Below the pieces are notes generated by a model. That model saw only the letters and a list, made by a program, of their open reading frames with translations, made no database searches and was not told the DNA's origin. From contig OZ316894.1 in the NCBI GenBank assembly GCA_973895155.1, forward strand, positions 6,472,234-6,536,233: 64,000 bases of DNA. Reading direction: 5' to 3'. The stretch is from Marsupella aquatica. Its lineage: Eukaryota > Plantae > Marchantiophyta. The translations under genes and the position numbers were made by a program. Numbering within the stretch: the stretch's first letter is position 1; each line of letters begins with the position of its first letter. Below are positions 36,500-48,348 of the stretch, in pieces.

Positions 36500-37799
36500 A
36501 AGTGAAGGGCCCAAGAAGGTAGTCGGTTTATGCTCTTCGCATGGTCCTCTCAGTGCATGAATTTTTCCCGTTCTTGGACCATTCTTTCTTAGTAGATTCA
36601 TAATTCTTATCACGGCTCCTTCGTGTTGGTCATTCTGTTTTCCTTCAACCTGATCGCTGCAATCTTGAATCTTACATCAAGAGCTTGTTATCACGGGGTA
36701 TCTCATAGAGACGGTCATGACTTGCTGAAAGTATTGACGAGAATACGCGGGTCAATTGTTCATGGTGTGTTTCAGACAGGAAGAAACGCTCACCTTAAGG
36801 TTTTGTCTTGCTGTTAGGGCTTTCGAGTGGAACCTACTCAGATTTCTCCGAGCTACTGGTACAACTTTGTTGGACACGTTCTTCTTCATTGACAGAAATC
36901 AGGTGACCTCCAGACTAATATTGTAAAGCAGTAGTGTAGTGAGCTCACTTGGGGTAGGCCGCGCTGACGTCCCAGCATCATATTGAGAGAGCGAAGAAGT
37001 CGTTAAGTGAGACAGCAATATCGAGGAACCCAGGCAGAAGGACCCTAATCCTGGACTGACTTTGAAGTACGTGTGTCCATGTCTTTGGCATCAACTGCCT
37101 AACTGCGAATTCCCGAGCTTGTAAACTGAAGGGAAGAGAATGCACATTATGCAGCTATGTCGTTATGATTTATAACAATGCTGGATAATAGTTTTGGTTA
37201 ATTCAAGCATAAATTGAATTTGTCCGATGGCAAGTCGTTGCGATCCTCGGGGAGGATGAGGTGGAAGGAACGCCATCTGTATTATTTCATAAAACAAAGA
37301 AGCCAGTGTCACTCCGGCTCTTCCTTTACTTGCAAGTCTTCCTTGTTGAATGAACAATTTTGTTCGAAATCTCTCACTGAATCTGGCCTGTCTCCGAGAT
37401 CAAATATTCAAATTGGTGTGGCCTGTGTTTCTTGGAAGCCTGGGTGGAGTCTCTGGGATCCAGGACTAAGGGGTCATTAAGTTTACCCAGCGAATAATTC
37501 CCGACTTTCTCGGTTCTAGTTCTCGTTTCCATTGAGAAATCCGGTATCATATAAGCGCTGCGATAGTCTTTTTGGCAGCTGACTTAAATGCTCGCCTACT
37601 TGTCCATTTAGTGATTTCGGGATCTGAAGAAATTCCTGGTTGATGCAATCAGGGGTCATTCATGTCACAAAATTTATGACTGCGTGTTGCGTGTTAGTAG
37701 TTGCACGATAGTTCCGTTGTTGCACGCGCAGAGCATGTGTGCTTATATGAACTCTTAGATATCAAGAGTTTGTTATTAATGGCGATCAATGAATGTATG

Positions 37800-38450
37800 C
37801 CGTCTGATCTTTCATTCCTGATTTACCACTAGTTTATGCTTGTTGGATAGCAAGTTTTTCCGAGTATCCTAGGCCAGAGATTGGTCAGGTTATATTTGCA
37901 GTGGCACATATAGCAGGCAGTGTTGGCACTCCAGCAGGTCTCAGAGCCCCAATTTGTTTTGTACAGAGTCGGTATAATTATGCTGGTGCCAAACTGGTTT
38001 TTGTTTTGCATAGCACCGTTGACAAGAATTCTAAGGCAAACATGGAATCTTCATTTGCAGGGATGGTGGACAGCAAATTATGTAGACAGCAGCCATTGGC
38101 AGCATGTCAGGGCTGCAGATCGTTTTGTGAGGCGGAGTCGGTGTTCTCAAATGGCTGAACCCTCCAAATCTGCCATTGGCTTTCGTGAAGACAACATGAT
38201 ACATAAGACGGAAACCTGTGACAGTGGAACATGGGAGTGATGGTCAGAGGACAGTGTTGAAATTCCCCGTAGACGATCTTAGTCTCCAACTGGGAGGTGT
38301 GGCGGAAGCAGTAGTGTGCTTCAGGTAGCACCTTGGTATCATTGGTAAGAAAGGTTTACCGAGCTCAAATAATATTCTCAGGTGAGACTGAGGAGGTCTT
38401 TGCACGGACTTTAAACTGGGGACGGGATGCAAAATCGGTAGAGAAATTGA
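37800..38450 (+). pseudogene. Possible decayed LINE 3' (zf-RVT-like) remnant
   Basis: Fragments ACQGCRSFCEAESVFS and ILVSNWEVWRKQ*C resemble the LINE C-terminal C..C...ES..H and IWEIWK.RC motifs. The match is weak. Confidence 0.25.
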
Positions 38451-38901
38451 AAATAAAAACATATGACCCCTTCTCCCTTCTTCAAATGTCGAGGACAAGG
38501 TCCGCGATGTTCTGTTGGTTCATATGATCCACAAGCTTGTCCAGGAAAGCTGTCAGCTCAACAACATTTCGGATGCAAAGCCCTGTTGCCCCAAACCGCA
38601 TAGAGGGGAAGAATAATACTCTTACTAATTCGATCGCGCAAAAGTTACATGAGTTCCCAAGTGATCCTTGCCTGATGGGAAGCGCATTATGCAGGAGTTG
38701 TCAGGGAAGGGATGAGCAACGCTTTGCCAACCTTTCTATGAACGCCTGAAAAACCTCTTCTTGCTGTTTTGATAGAGAACATGATCAGCCTGATGCCCCA
38801 AGAGAGATCGAGAAATCTCAACTGCCTTTCTTCACTTCCAAAGTCCCAAGTACCGCCTGACTAAAATCACCATTAAGTCCTCTCAACATTGACCTTAACA
38901 A

Positions 38902-39438
38902 GATAAGTCACTTCCATAACTCAAATATTAAGATAAGTCACTTCCATAACTCAAATATTATGGGCACTCTTGTAAAAGTTATGGGAGCCTACTGTAAAGA
39001 AAATTTAACCCATAATTTTCTCGTAACTTTAGGTGGAAATCCAGGATTCTGGAACTATGGAAAGCAAGACACGTGGGAATTGCTCCTGATGTGGTGCTCA
39101 TTGTTGCATTTGAGGTGGCGGTTGATCAAGAATTGAGGAAAATTTAATATATGTTATGAGACAGGTGAGGTGGTAACTCTTACCTTATGGGGTGGGTCAA
39201 TGTTACCTCCCCCCATTTTTAAAATTCTATAACTGGGTCCCATGACTTAAGTTATGGAATATATTACAAGTCCGAAACTTTGACTAATGACCCAGCTTTG
39301 AGACTCTCTATTAGAGCCGTCTTTGGCAGGGTTATGAAGGGGCTACATTCAGCAACTCAGAGTGGTCTTTGAGACTCCCTATTAGAGCTGTCTTTGGCGG
39401 GGTTATGAAGGTGCTACATTCAGCAACTCAGAGTGGTC
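38902..39438. repeat. Two short tandem duplications (30 bp x2 and 70 bp x2)
   Basis: GATAAGTCACTTCCATAACTCAAATATTA occurs at 38902 and 38932. CTTTGAGACTC.CTATTAGAGC.GTCTTTGGC.GGGTTATGAAGG.GCTACATTCAGCAACTCAGAGTGGT occurs at ~39297 and ~39367. Confidence 0.9.
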
Positions 39439-41814
39439 ATCGTATATGGCCATCCCCTTATGTGCCCACTCTGACCAGCATCTTCTCAGTTGATGCACAT
39501 TCAAAATTGATCAAAGCGGCACTAATGTAATTGCACTCTCTAAGCGCACACTCCATAAGCGCTTACCCTCGACAAGCGTCTCTATGCTCTTACAGGTAAA
39601 ATGCACAAAATCATGAAATTGAATTTACAGATAAATGCATGCCCATTCTTAGTAAAGTATAGAATGCACTTAAGGAGGATGGGCACAGACTTAGGGTAGG
39701 GATACAAAGTACAAGGGTGATTCCTAACGGAGGGGCTCTAAATTTGACAAAGGAATCTAAATCAAGCGCACTTGATAGGAGGGGGGGGGGGGGCGTTTGT
39801 GCTTATCAAGGAATGCAACATGCACTGAACTAGTGTGCACTTATAGAGGCCCTATATCTTCTAAAGGGGACCAGATGCCCTTAATCCTATACATGAATGA
39901 GTAAGAGGTTCTCAGATGGGTGAATTTTAAACCCTAAACCCATCTGCTAGCCTGGCCTTCAGATTCTAAAACGTGCATGAGAACACGCAAGTGGCAAACA
40001 CCTAGGCAGACACTTTTGCCCCATAGAAGTGAACATAATGGTTCCAAAATTCACTTGGGTAGTTCCAAAATTGAGTTGTGGGCTTTATGCTCGGTAAGTC
40101 ATCCAGACTTGGACATAATTCAAAAATTCAATTGAAGGCTTTATGCTTGGTAGCTCATCCCCCACAGGGATAATTACCATGACTGTTCATACCCTCCATT
40201 ATTACTTGGACACCACAACCTAACAAACGTACTATATTCCCTACATCTAACTATCTTTGACCTTTTGTTATAGACAAGTGTGCAGTATGTCAAGCCAAGG
40301 CCCCATCCTCTGGTTTTTGTAGTCATGGCCTTCTTCAAACAATGGGTGTCTATTAGTGCATGTCAAAGCACAGCTGTACCTGAGTTACGGCTCAGGACAT
40401 AAAATGCACTTATGGTTGGGACAGAATCGTTATGGGTTACCAAAATACATACCCCATAAGGGTGGTACGCCCCAAAAAATAAAACTGTAACCAAAGTGTT
40501 ATGGGAGAACTTTGACACACCCTATTGCACTAAAGAGGGCTCGCTCATCATATGGGTGAGGCAGTTGGTCTTAGGGCCTGTTGTTAGACTCCTATGCGTG
40601 ACATCCAGTCTACCAGGCTGTCCAGTTTGCTGATAGGTAGGGTATTTGGTCCTTGTTTCTAGCTGCTGCTGTACAGTGGCGTATTTTTCTGGGGACTCCT
40701 GGGCATTTTGTCTCTTTGGTCTTCTTAGGGTTTTCCTTTGTCTCCCCCCCCCCGCCCCCCGGGGTTTCTTGCCATGATTGTGTCTCCCGATGGGCCCTAG
40801 TGTAAGTCTCTGCCTTGAGCTGGGCGTGTAACCCTCTTACCAATGATACCAATATATAAAATTCTGTTTTGTGACTTCTTTTGCATGGCCTACAACCAAT
40901 TGCTTATAGGAGTATCCTATTTCTTAACTTCCTATGCATGACATAATATTCTACAGTACCTTTTTAACTTCTCTCAGGCTTGTCATAGTATCCTGTTTTT
41001 TGAACTTCTTCTGAATCGCCTAATATTCTACCATTTTAACTTCCATGTTTACAACCAATTGTATGTCAAAGTATAGTGCTAGAAAATGGATGTTTTAGAA
41101 CCAATCGCTTGTTCACAAATCCTTACCTGGTACCTTAACTTTTTCTGACTATTGCATGACCTTCATTTCACAGTTTATTTATTTATTGTCTATTCCCCAA
41201 ACTCATTCAAATCTTGGTGTGCAAGTGTTACTTTTGTCGTTTTCTTGTGTTAATTTCTACGTTATGGTTTTCTTGACTCATTTCCCCAATGGTATTTTTG
41301 TCTCGTTATATCCCACAATACACTCTAACCTTATAAAAACCTTTTAATACAACCTTTTAATGACAAATCACGTGCAGATCTTATCCTGAAAACTTTCTTG
41401 CACTTGATTAAAAGTGAGTCATCAATGAATGAACATCTCAAATCGATCGACACTGATCTTTCGTACATGACCAAATTGATCAACTTATAATTCCTCGATA
41501 ATCCTAATCTGTATCTGTCCCCACTTTATTGAAACCGAAGCAGAAATGGAGTCTGATGAACATCTCGAATCAATCTCGCATGCTCTTTTACTACGTTATC
41601 TACTCTACTTTATATCTTCAATCGTCCTGACCTTTTTCTGCCATCTCCTGTCAGTAGCTTAAAGCTATCTGAAGTTCCAATTATTCTCTCCTTCCCATCG
41701 ATTTCCTCAGTCTGTCAAATACCCATATGAGCGGTGCAACTCTGGATTTTGTCCCCGCCATACTGCTTCCAACAGAAACCTGTGAAGCACATTGAGCACC
41801 GCTCAGGTGCTTGC

Positions 41815-42240
41815 CGAGCAAAACGAACTTCCAAAACTATTCCCAGTCACTCAATCTGGGAAGTGATGACCGTCTTCACAATTCCAAAATGATCATCTCG
41901 ACGCCCCAAGCGAATCATTGACATCAAAGCAAGATTTCACTGGTTCTGAATCAGCTCAAGATCAGCACACCAAGCAAAACGAGCTTCCAAAACTCTTCCC
42001 AGTCACTCTAGTTGTAACGCTTGTTCCATTTTCAGAAATGGGATGAGCCACGCTTGCCCACCTTTCGATGCGAAGACGGTCAACCTTCGTTCTCGCTATT
42101 TTGATCACCAAAATGATCATCTCGACGCCCCAAGTGACATCGGGATGAATTGGAGAGCTCGTTGACATCAAAGCAAGATTTCACTGGTTCTGAATCAGCT
42201 CAAGATCAGCACATCAAGCGTAAACATCAAAGCTCAAGAT
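41815..42240. repeat. Patchy direct duplication 3' of the beta-propeller gene
   Basis: Three blocks are each present twice: CTTCCAAAACT.TTCCCAGTCACTC (~41828, ~41985), CCAAAATGATCATCTCGACGCCCCAAG (~41884, ~42107) and TTGACATCAAAGCAAGATTTCACTGGTTCTGAATCAGCTCAAGATCAGCACA (~41918, ~42162). Confidence 0.85.
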
Positions 42241-42531
42241 CGTCTAAGCCCCTTGCTGAAATCATAAAGTGTCAACGATTTTCCCAAGTTACAGTCACAT
42301 CATCTAGCGAAACGAACAAATGCTGATGTTTCTATCCCGGTTTCTATTACAAAACTGGAATGGATGGAATCCAAACACTACGCCTGCGGGTAGCCGAGGT
42401 TGCACGCTGACGCAGATGACAGAAACTACCCAACGGGCTAGTACGTCTCTCGCTTCATACTGTAACGGGACTTCGTAAACTATGAAGTGACTTGTGAACA
42501 TTGTAAACTACACCCCAATCCCTTCTCGCAT

Positions 42532-43566
42532 TCACTGATCGTAAGCGCTCCTCTCCTCGGTCGCGCCCAGAAGCACAACTCGTCCTGTCGTCGTGGTGCA
42601 GTATAGCGGATCCCATTTCACCATCACACCCCAATCTCCTCTCGCCTTCGCTGCTCGCAAGCGCTCGTCCATCGGGTCACGCCCAAATACACAACTCGTA
42701 GGCCCAACAACAATGAAGTCGTCCGTCGCACTTATAATATTAGCTATCGTCCCGTTCGTAAGCAGCACACTCACCACATTCGCCAAATTCTCTGCTATCC
42801 ACACCCTCCCCTCGCCATCCACGTCGAAATCATCCGGGTCCAGTCCTGTGGCTAGGACCTCTACTCCTCCAGTAGCCGTCCCTGATTTGGAAATCGGAAC
42901 CCTGCACAACAATCCTTGGATTGTGTTCGTGAAATACAGAGAGTCGTCACGGATCTTCACACCGTTCACGCCGGGTAAAACGCCGGGTGCTGTGGTAGGA
43001 TCGGAGAAGGCGATGGAGTAGGCTCCGGTCTTGACGTTTACTTTCCACACGACTCCGAGGAAGGAGTCGGCGATAAGGATAGTGTTGTCCACCTTCGACA
43101 ATACGACGATGCCGTTGAGAAGTAATGCTTCCGGGATGTCTGTTACTTTCCTAATACACGCTGCTTCTCCTGAGAGAGAGACGGACCGCATGTCGACTTC
43201 CCAGATTGAGAAACTCCCGGCGATGGTAGCATTGCCCGCTCCGACGTAGAATACATCATGGTCAAGCTCGACTATTCCTAATGTGGCCGCCGAGAATGGG
43301 AATGTGAACACGAGTGTAGCCGATGACTCGGAGGTACTGATCAAGTAGAGGTCGGGTGATGACAGCATTGTGACGAGTATGTCTCCGTTTGACCGCGCGG
43401 CAAGGTTCTCGAGCGATGCTGTTTCAGGGAATTGGTATACGACGTGGATTGGGAGAGAGAGATACGGGGAACTCCCCTGGGAAAATGATGTGACAGTCGT
43501 TAAGATGGTGAGAAAGAGGAAGAAGATTGGCAGGGCGACGACAAAGGATTGCAGGGAACGACACAT
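42532..43566 (-). CDS. Secreted six-bladed beta-propeller (SMP-30/gluconolactonase-like fold) of a fungal-type hetero-Diels-Alderase-like family, 344 aa, intronless
   Basis: True ATG at 43566 followed by a hydrophobic signal peptide. Motifs VYQFP...LENLAARSNGDILVT, LGIVE, IPEALLLNGI, ILIADSFLGVVWKV, GVNGVKIRDDSLYFTN, RVPI, PDDF and GPTSCVFGR are typical of ascomycete propellers such as AsR5/EupF (recognised from memory). Confidence 0.8.
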   Translation of the reverse strand: MCRSLQSFVVALPIFFLFLTILTTVTSFSQGSSPYLSLPIHVVYQFPETASLENLAARSNGDILVTMLSSPDLYLISTSESSATLVFTFPFSAATLGIVELDHDVFYVGAGNATIAGSFSIWEVDMRSVSLSGEAACIRKVTDIPEALLLNGIVVLSKVDNTILIADSFLGVVWKVNVKTGAYSIAFSDPTTAPGVLPGVNGVKIRDDSLYFTNTIQGLLCRVPISKSGTATGGVEVLATGLDPDDFDVDGEGRVWIAENLANVVSVLLTNGTIANIISATDDFIVVGPTSCVFGRDPMDERLRAAKARGDWGVMVKWDPLYCTTTTGRVVLLGATEERSAYDQ

Positions 43567-44500
43567 TTTCTTTTACTCAAGACAGATCAACTCTTTCCTG
43601 TCCGATGACAGTTGGAGCTCTTTGTTCGTCCGGGAGCTGGAACTCACAGAATTTCCTCTAGTCAGAGTTCCAACTCACTACTTTCATCCAGACCGATGAA
43701 AAGTTCTCTTCCGGAGGACTTGAAGAAAGCCACCAAGGTGAAAAAGCTAGAGTCCAGTACAGTCGCTTAGCTCGAAATGGAAAGTCCCCTAATGTCATAT
43801 CCCGATCCTGAACTTCGCCACCTCTAGATATGGTGGTTATAATCGATTGCACGTAGTCCTCCACCCATCCGTCTCGGAGTATCTCCTCCGTTCCCACTCT
43901 TCACTGCTAGGCGAGAGAGAACTCGCTCCTCGCTGACAAGAGCCTTTCTGCCGGCCCAATTCGCTAGGAAAGTCCGACAACAATTAATATTGTACACGAG
44001 AGGATCTTCTGCGCCGCAGTCACGTCTAAAACGAAGTTCGCTCATCGACGTCACACCTTGTCTGTTTGTTCTTTTGCAGTCTTCTATCTATCTACCTATA
44101 ATGGCGATTGAAAACCACTTTTCCAGGTTTAAGAGATCTCCACCGGGACCTGCAAACAGCCCCGTAACCTCCATTCCTGGGAAATAGCGGCTTGGTTTTC
44201 CGGATACACACTCCACCGCCACCCCGCAACCTCCATTTCATTTACGGTGTCCCCTCAAGTTGCTGACCGCGACCGCCAGATTTGGTCGCGTTGGTGGTCG
44301 GGGCCTGGAACCTCCAAATCGAGACCCAAATAATTGATGGAAACTGCTACACGCATTGCCATCGTAGGGTGGGTGGCAAAGACTTCCCGCTCGGTCACTT
44401 TCCCACGGTGGACTGGCATTTGTCGTGCGAAACTGCAAATCCTCGTGCAAAAGCACTGTTGCATGAATCTCGTGTCCAGCAGGATCAACATAGAAGAATC

Positions 44501-45510
44501 ATGGCTAGCACTCGGGGGAAAAATTACAGTGAAAGCGAGTTGAAGCAGCTGTGCTACAGCGTGCTCCATGTTTCACAAGATCCCGTTGTTGGAACTGGCC
44601 AGAGAGCTGAGAAATTTTGGGATCGAGTAGCAGAGCATTATCATAAAAACAAGGGTCAGGAATTTGAGACGAGGGGCAAGAAATCACTCGAAGGCAAGTG
44701 GTCAGACATCAAGCACGATGTCCAGAAATTTATAGGAGCGTACCAGCAAGTTGATAGCAGAGAGGTTTCAGGAACCAATGCCGAAGACACCTTGAAATTC
44801 GTCAAGGAGCTGTACAAGGAGAATCATCCTAAGAACAAAAGCTTTGCTTTTGATTGTTGCTATTATATTCTGACGGATTGCCCAAGGTTTATGAGTCCAG
44901 AGAACGACATGCCAAAAGGGAAGGCCAAGAGACCGGACAGAAATCTGCCCTACAATGACAGTCCCACTCCAGAGGTCGTCGAGCTTGATTCTGATAATTC
45001 GCCAGGCGAAAATGGAGATGAGACAGAGTCCAATCAAGGATCCAGCAAAAAAAGGCCTTCTGGAAATCGGGCTGCAAAGGAGCAGCTGAAGAGATTGAAA
45101 AGCCAGGACGATGCCTTGAAGATGTCAGCTTTGGCTCAAAGGAAATGGCAGCTGCCAATACTATGTGATCCCTTGCATACCAGAACAATTCAACTCTGGC
45201 CATGCTTTCGCTACCTACAGAGCACATGAGCCCAAAAATGCGCAAGCTATGGGAAGATTGGAAATTGGCTGAATCTGTGAAATTGATTCAGAGGGTGTCC
45301 CAGCAAAATGCTTCATTTGCACACACTGTTGGGCCATCTTCCATGCCTCCCAACAATTTCAATGTTCCACCTCCAATTCGAGTGGAGACACCTATGCCCC
45401 AATCACCACCTCCAACTCCAGTGCCCACCGAGGACCCTTCAGATGATCTAGAAGTAGCATGGCTTGCACAGGAAGTGGATCCATTTGTAGGACCACAACC
45501 AGCTTTGTAA
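44501..45510 (+). pseudogene. Harbinger Myb/SANT-like (NAM-associated-type) DNA-binding ORF, disrupted
   Basis: MASTRGKNYSESELKQLCYSVLHVSQDPVVGTGQRAEKFWDRV...KWSDIKHDVQKF...RPSGNRAAK. There is an apparent 1-nt deletion at ~45138 and a TGA at 45166-45168 in the continuing frame (EMAAANTM*SLAYQNNSTLAMLSLP). Confidence 0.85.
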
Positions 45511-45967
45511 AATCAGTATGTATGACATAAATAAAATTGGCCTTCATTCAGGTTTTTTTCTTGTATGACAAATCAAATTGGTGTTTCTTGCAATTCAACG
45601 TTGTGCACATGGCGAGTCTTTCTTTCAATATCGTGACAGTCAATTCGTACATATCCAATTCAATACATGCTGTTTCATTTCAGTCCACATTCAGAAAATC
45701 ATCTAGTGGCAAACAAAAGGGCCAAAGAACAGACAGTTGTTCATATGATTCAAAATTCCATTCTCATCAATTGTCAGGCCAAAAAGCTCACTACATTGAG
45801 AATTACAAGCCCTTTCAAGGACCAAAACGTGCAATCCCAAATAAATCTGTGGGTAGCACACTAGAGCTATTCAAAATTAGGGTTCAGCCTAAAAATAAAA
45901 GAAACCTTGCTTCAAATCCATGGCATGAGACCTCGGTCATGTACTAAACTTAGGACTGCCCTAAAAC

Positions 45968-46345
45968 CTAATACCAATCCCAACCCCCACCATACTCATC
46001 CTCAGAGTCGGACTTTGGCTTAACCCTAGCAGTGTTGGCCTTTTGCGCATCTGTGACAGTCGATTCCTTCTTGGAATCCGCCACAGCCAAGCCCTTCTTC
46101 ACCTTGCCAACAGACGAGCCACCCTTTGTGTCCCCCACAGCTGAGCCATTCTTTGGCTCCTCAATTTCATGGCCGTTTGCATCAAGGCCATTCCTGGACC
46201 TCAAAATCAGCAAAGCCAGGTGCTTGAAGCGCACCTCCATCCTGTCGTCATCAGAGTCCCACAATGTGAGCTCTTTGCTCTTATCATTCTCCTTCTCCAC
46301 TACAGCTTTTGCTTTACCCTTCCGTGATTTCTTGGTGGGAGGCAT
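45968..46345 (-). CDS. Small (125 aa) basic/acidic protein of unknown function inside the Harbinger element
   Basis: ATG at 46345 begins MPPTKKSRKGKAK (NLS-like) and the ORF ends DSEDEYGGGWDWY*. It is preceded 5 nt upstream by a strong acceptor (TTGTTCTATTCTGCAG), with a donor CAG|GTTATC at ~46431, suggesting a 5'UTR intron. Confidence 0.5.
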   Translation of the reverse strand: MPPTKKSRKGKAKAVVEKENDKSKELTLWDSDDDRMEVRFKHLALLILRSRNGLDANGHEIEEPKNGSAVGDTKGGSSVGKVKKGLAVADSKKESTVTDAQKANTARVKPKSDSEDEYGGGWDWY

Positions 46346-46653
46346 GCTGGCTGCAGAATAGAACAATGCAAATGAGCAAGCTATGGAAGTTGACGAGAGT
46401 GCGAGCTTGGCAAGCTGAAATGCCCGATAACCTGAGTGCAAAACAATGAGGAATCGGGGTGACAAGGTCGAGGTATTTGCTGGGGTGAAGGTCGAGGTTG
46501 GAGAGCCTCGCAAGGTTGCACATCCTGTTGCACATGTCTGGCCTGCATGAAGTAACATGAAACTGAATGAAGCGTGCAAGGAAGTTGTACAAATTGTACA
46601 ACACGTCATATTTCAAAATAAGCATGGAGTGTATGTTAAAACTCACCCAGTTG

Positions 46654-47966
46654 CTAATTTCCATAGCCTGCACCCTTTGTATTCCATAAATGGTCCACAA
46701 GGTCATTCCTGAGCTTGAAATGAGAGCCTTTGTCATGAATTTGCCTGGTAGCTTCCAAGACTTGCAACCATGGCATCAACCCTCTTCTCACTGGTGGTGG
46801 ATGAATCATCAAGTATGGAGTGAAGTTCTCTTCTCTCTCATCCTCCAGGATCATGTTATGCAAGATGACACATGCCATTAAAATGTTTGTGAGGTTAGCC
46901 ACAAACCAAGACCGTGCAGGTCTTTTTACAATTTCAAATCTGGCTTGCAAAACTCCAAAAGCCCTCTGTACATCTTTCCTAGCACCTTCTTGGCATTTTG
47001 CAAAGTGCCTCAATTTTTCAGACTGTGGTACATGCACAGTTGAAATGAACATAGACCATTCAGGGTAAATACCATCCACCAACAAATATGCTTGATTGTA
47101 TTGTACTCCATTGACCTGAAATGAGACCTTGGCAGACTCATTTGCCAACCACTCATTCAAGAGTGGGGATCTGTCTAGAACATTGATGTCATTGTTCCTC
47201 CAGCCAGCCCAAAAAAAGCGTGCCAAATCCACAACTCCTGATCTGCAATTGCCTCTAAAATCAGGGATTTTATTTTGTCCTTGTCTTGGTATTGACCCTG
47301 CCAGGCTACAGGGCAATTTTTCCACTCCCAATGCATGCAATCCAAGGACCCAAACATCCCAGGAAATTCTCTTTGTTCATTTATGACAAGATTCTTCTTC
47401 CAGTCCTCCCCTGTTGGCTTCCTCAAATATACTGGTTCATACAATTGTCTGATTGCCTTGACAAACCTGTATAGAGACTCCAAAGCTGTGGTTTCAACAA
47501 TTCTACAGTATTCATCTATTGCATCTGCCCCTATACCATATGCCAGTTGTCTGAGAGCTGCAGTGATTTTTTGATGAGGAGAAAGACCAGGCTTTCCTGT
47601 TGCATCAAATTTCAATTGAAAATAGTTGTCATGTGCACACACTGCTAGGAGAATCTTATTGAATAACCTAGAACTCATACGATACCTCCTTCTGAATTTC
47701 AGCTCATCATATGTAGGATTTTCCGAGAAGTAGTCATTCCATAGATCCTCTGCACCTTTGCCTCTCCTCCTGTCCACATTTGGAGCTTTGCCTGGCTTGG
47801 ACCCTCCGTGCTTTCTCTTTCTTGATGCTCCTTGTATGATGGATTGAATTGACAATTGTCCTGTGAACAAAATCTGCCCCCAGAAACTTTGCTCCTCCTC
47901 CCAAACTTCCTCGTCTTCCTCTATCATCTTCAACAAGTTGTCCCTCCATGAAATTGTGGCAGCCAT
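46654..47966 (-). pseudogene. Harbinger/PIF DDE transposase (Plant_tran/HARBI1 family), frameshifted
   Basis: Motifs FRRRYRMS, LRQLAYG, FPGMFGSLDCMHWEWKNCP, WHAFFG, NNDINVL, YLLVDGIYPEW, RKDVQRAFGVLQARF and ACVILHNMILEDER. One base is missing at ~47197. The catalytic E of RKDVERAFG is Q (46966-46968). Confidence 0.93.
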
Positions 47967-48348
47967 GGCTATAGAAATGAAATCAAGAACCTGTGTTTAT
48001 GAATGTGCGCAATCTCCAAGCGCCTCTCTTCAATGCACGAGACTTGATGAGTCGAGAAACACAAACCCGATGTTTCTTGGTGATTTTTTACTTGGGACGA
48101 ACTTCGGCACAAAAATGCGGGCCCATGTTTGGGGGGTGCCGGTGGGGAATTCCTTAATTTAAAGTTGGCCCCTAAACTATGGGGCCCGCAAATCGCCTGG
48201 CAAAATTTGCCGATAGCGGTCACGTGCCGCTAAACTGGTGGAGATGCTTTACAATCTGAGGGGCATAACTGAAGTTGGGCATTCAAGTGGAAAACTAAGA
48301 TTTGGGCAGGGTGAGAACTCGATTACTTTTATTTACGTTCAAAGACAG

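Larger units (their letters stand above)
44132..48248. mobile_element. PIF/Harbinger DNA transposon (defective), ~4.1 kb
   Basis: Flanked by TTA on both sides (44129-44131 and 48249-48251). Imperfect TIRs are AGAGATCTCCACCGG and, reverse-complemented, AGCATCTCCACCAG. The Myb-like and DDE transposase genes are convergent. Confidence 0.85.

Noticed and set aside
40578-40852. TG-starting segment and TGATACCA resembling an LTR and tRNA-Met PBS
   Set aside because: The PBS match is only 8 nt, it is not adjacent to a TG...CA LTR end, and no second LTR, TSD or internal domains were seen.
42593-43699. Plus-strand ORFs overlapping the propeller gene
   Set aside because: They are antisense shadows of the real minus-strand CDS.
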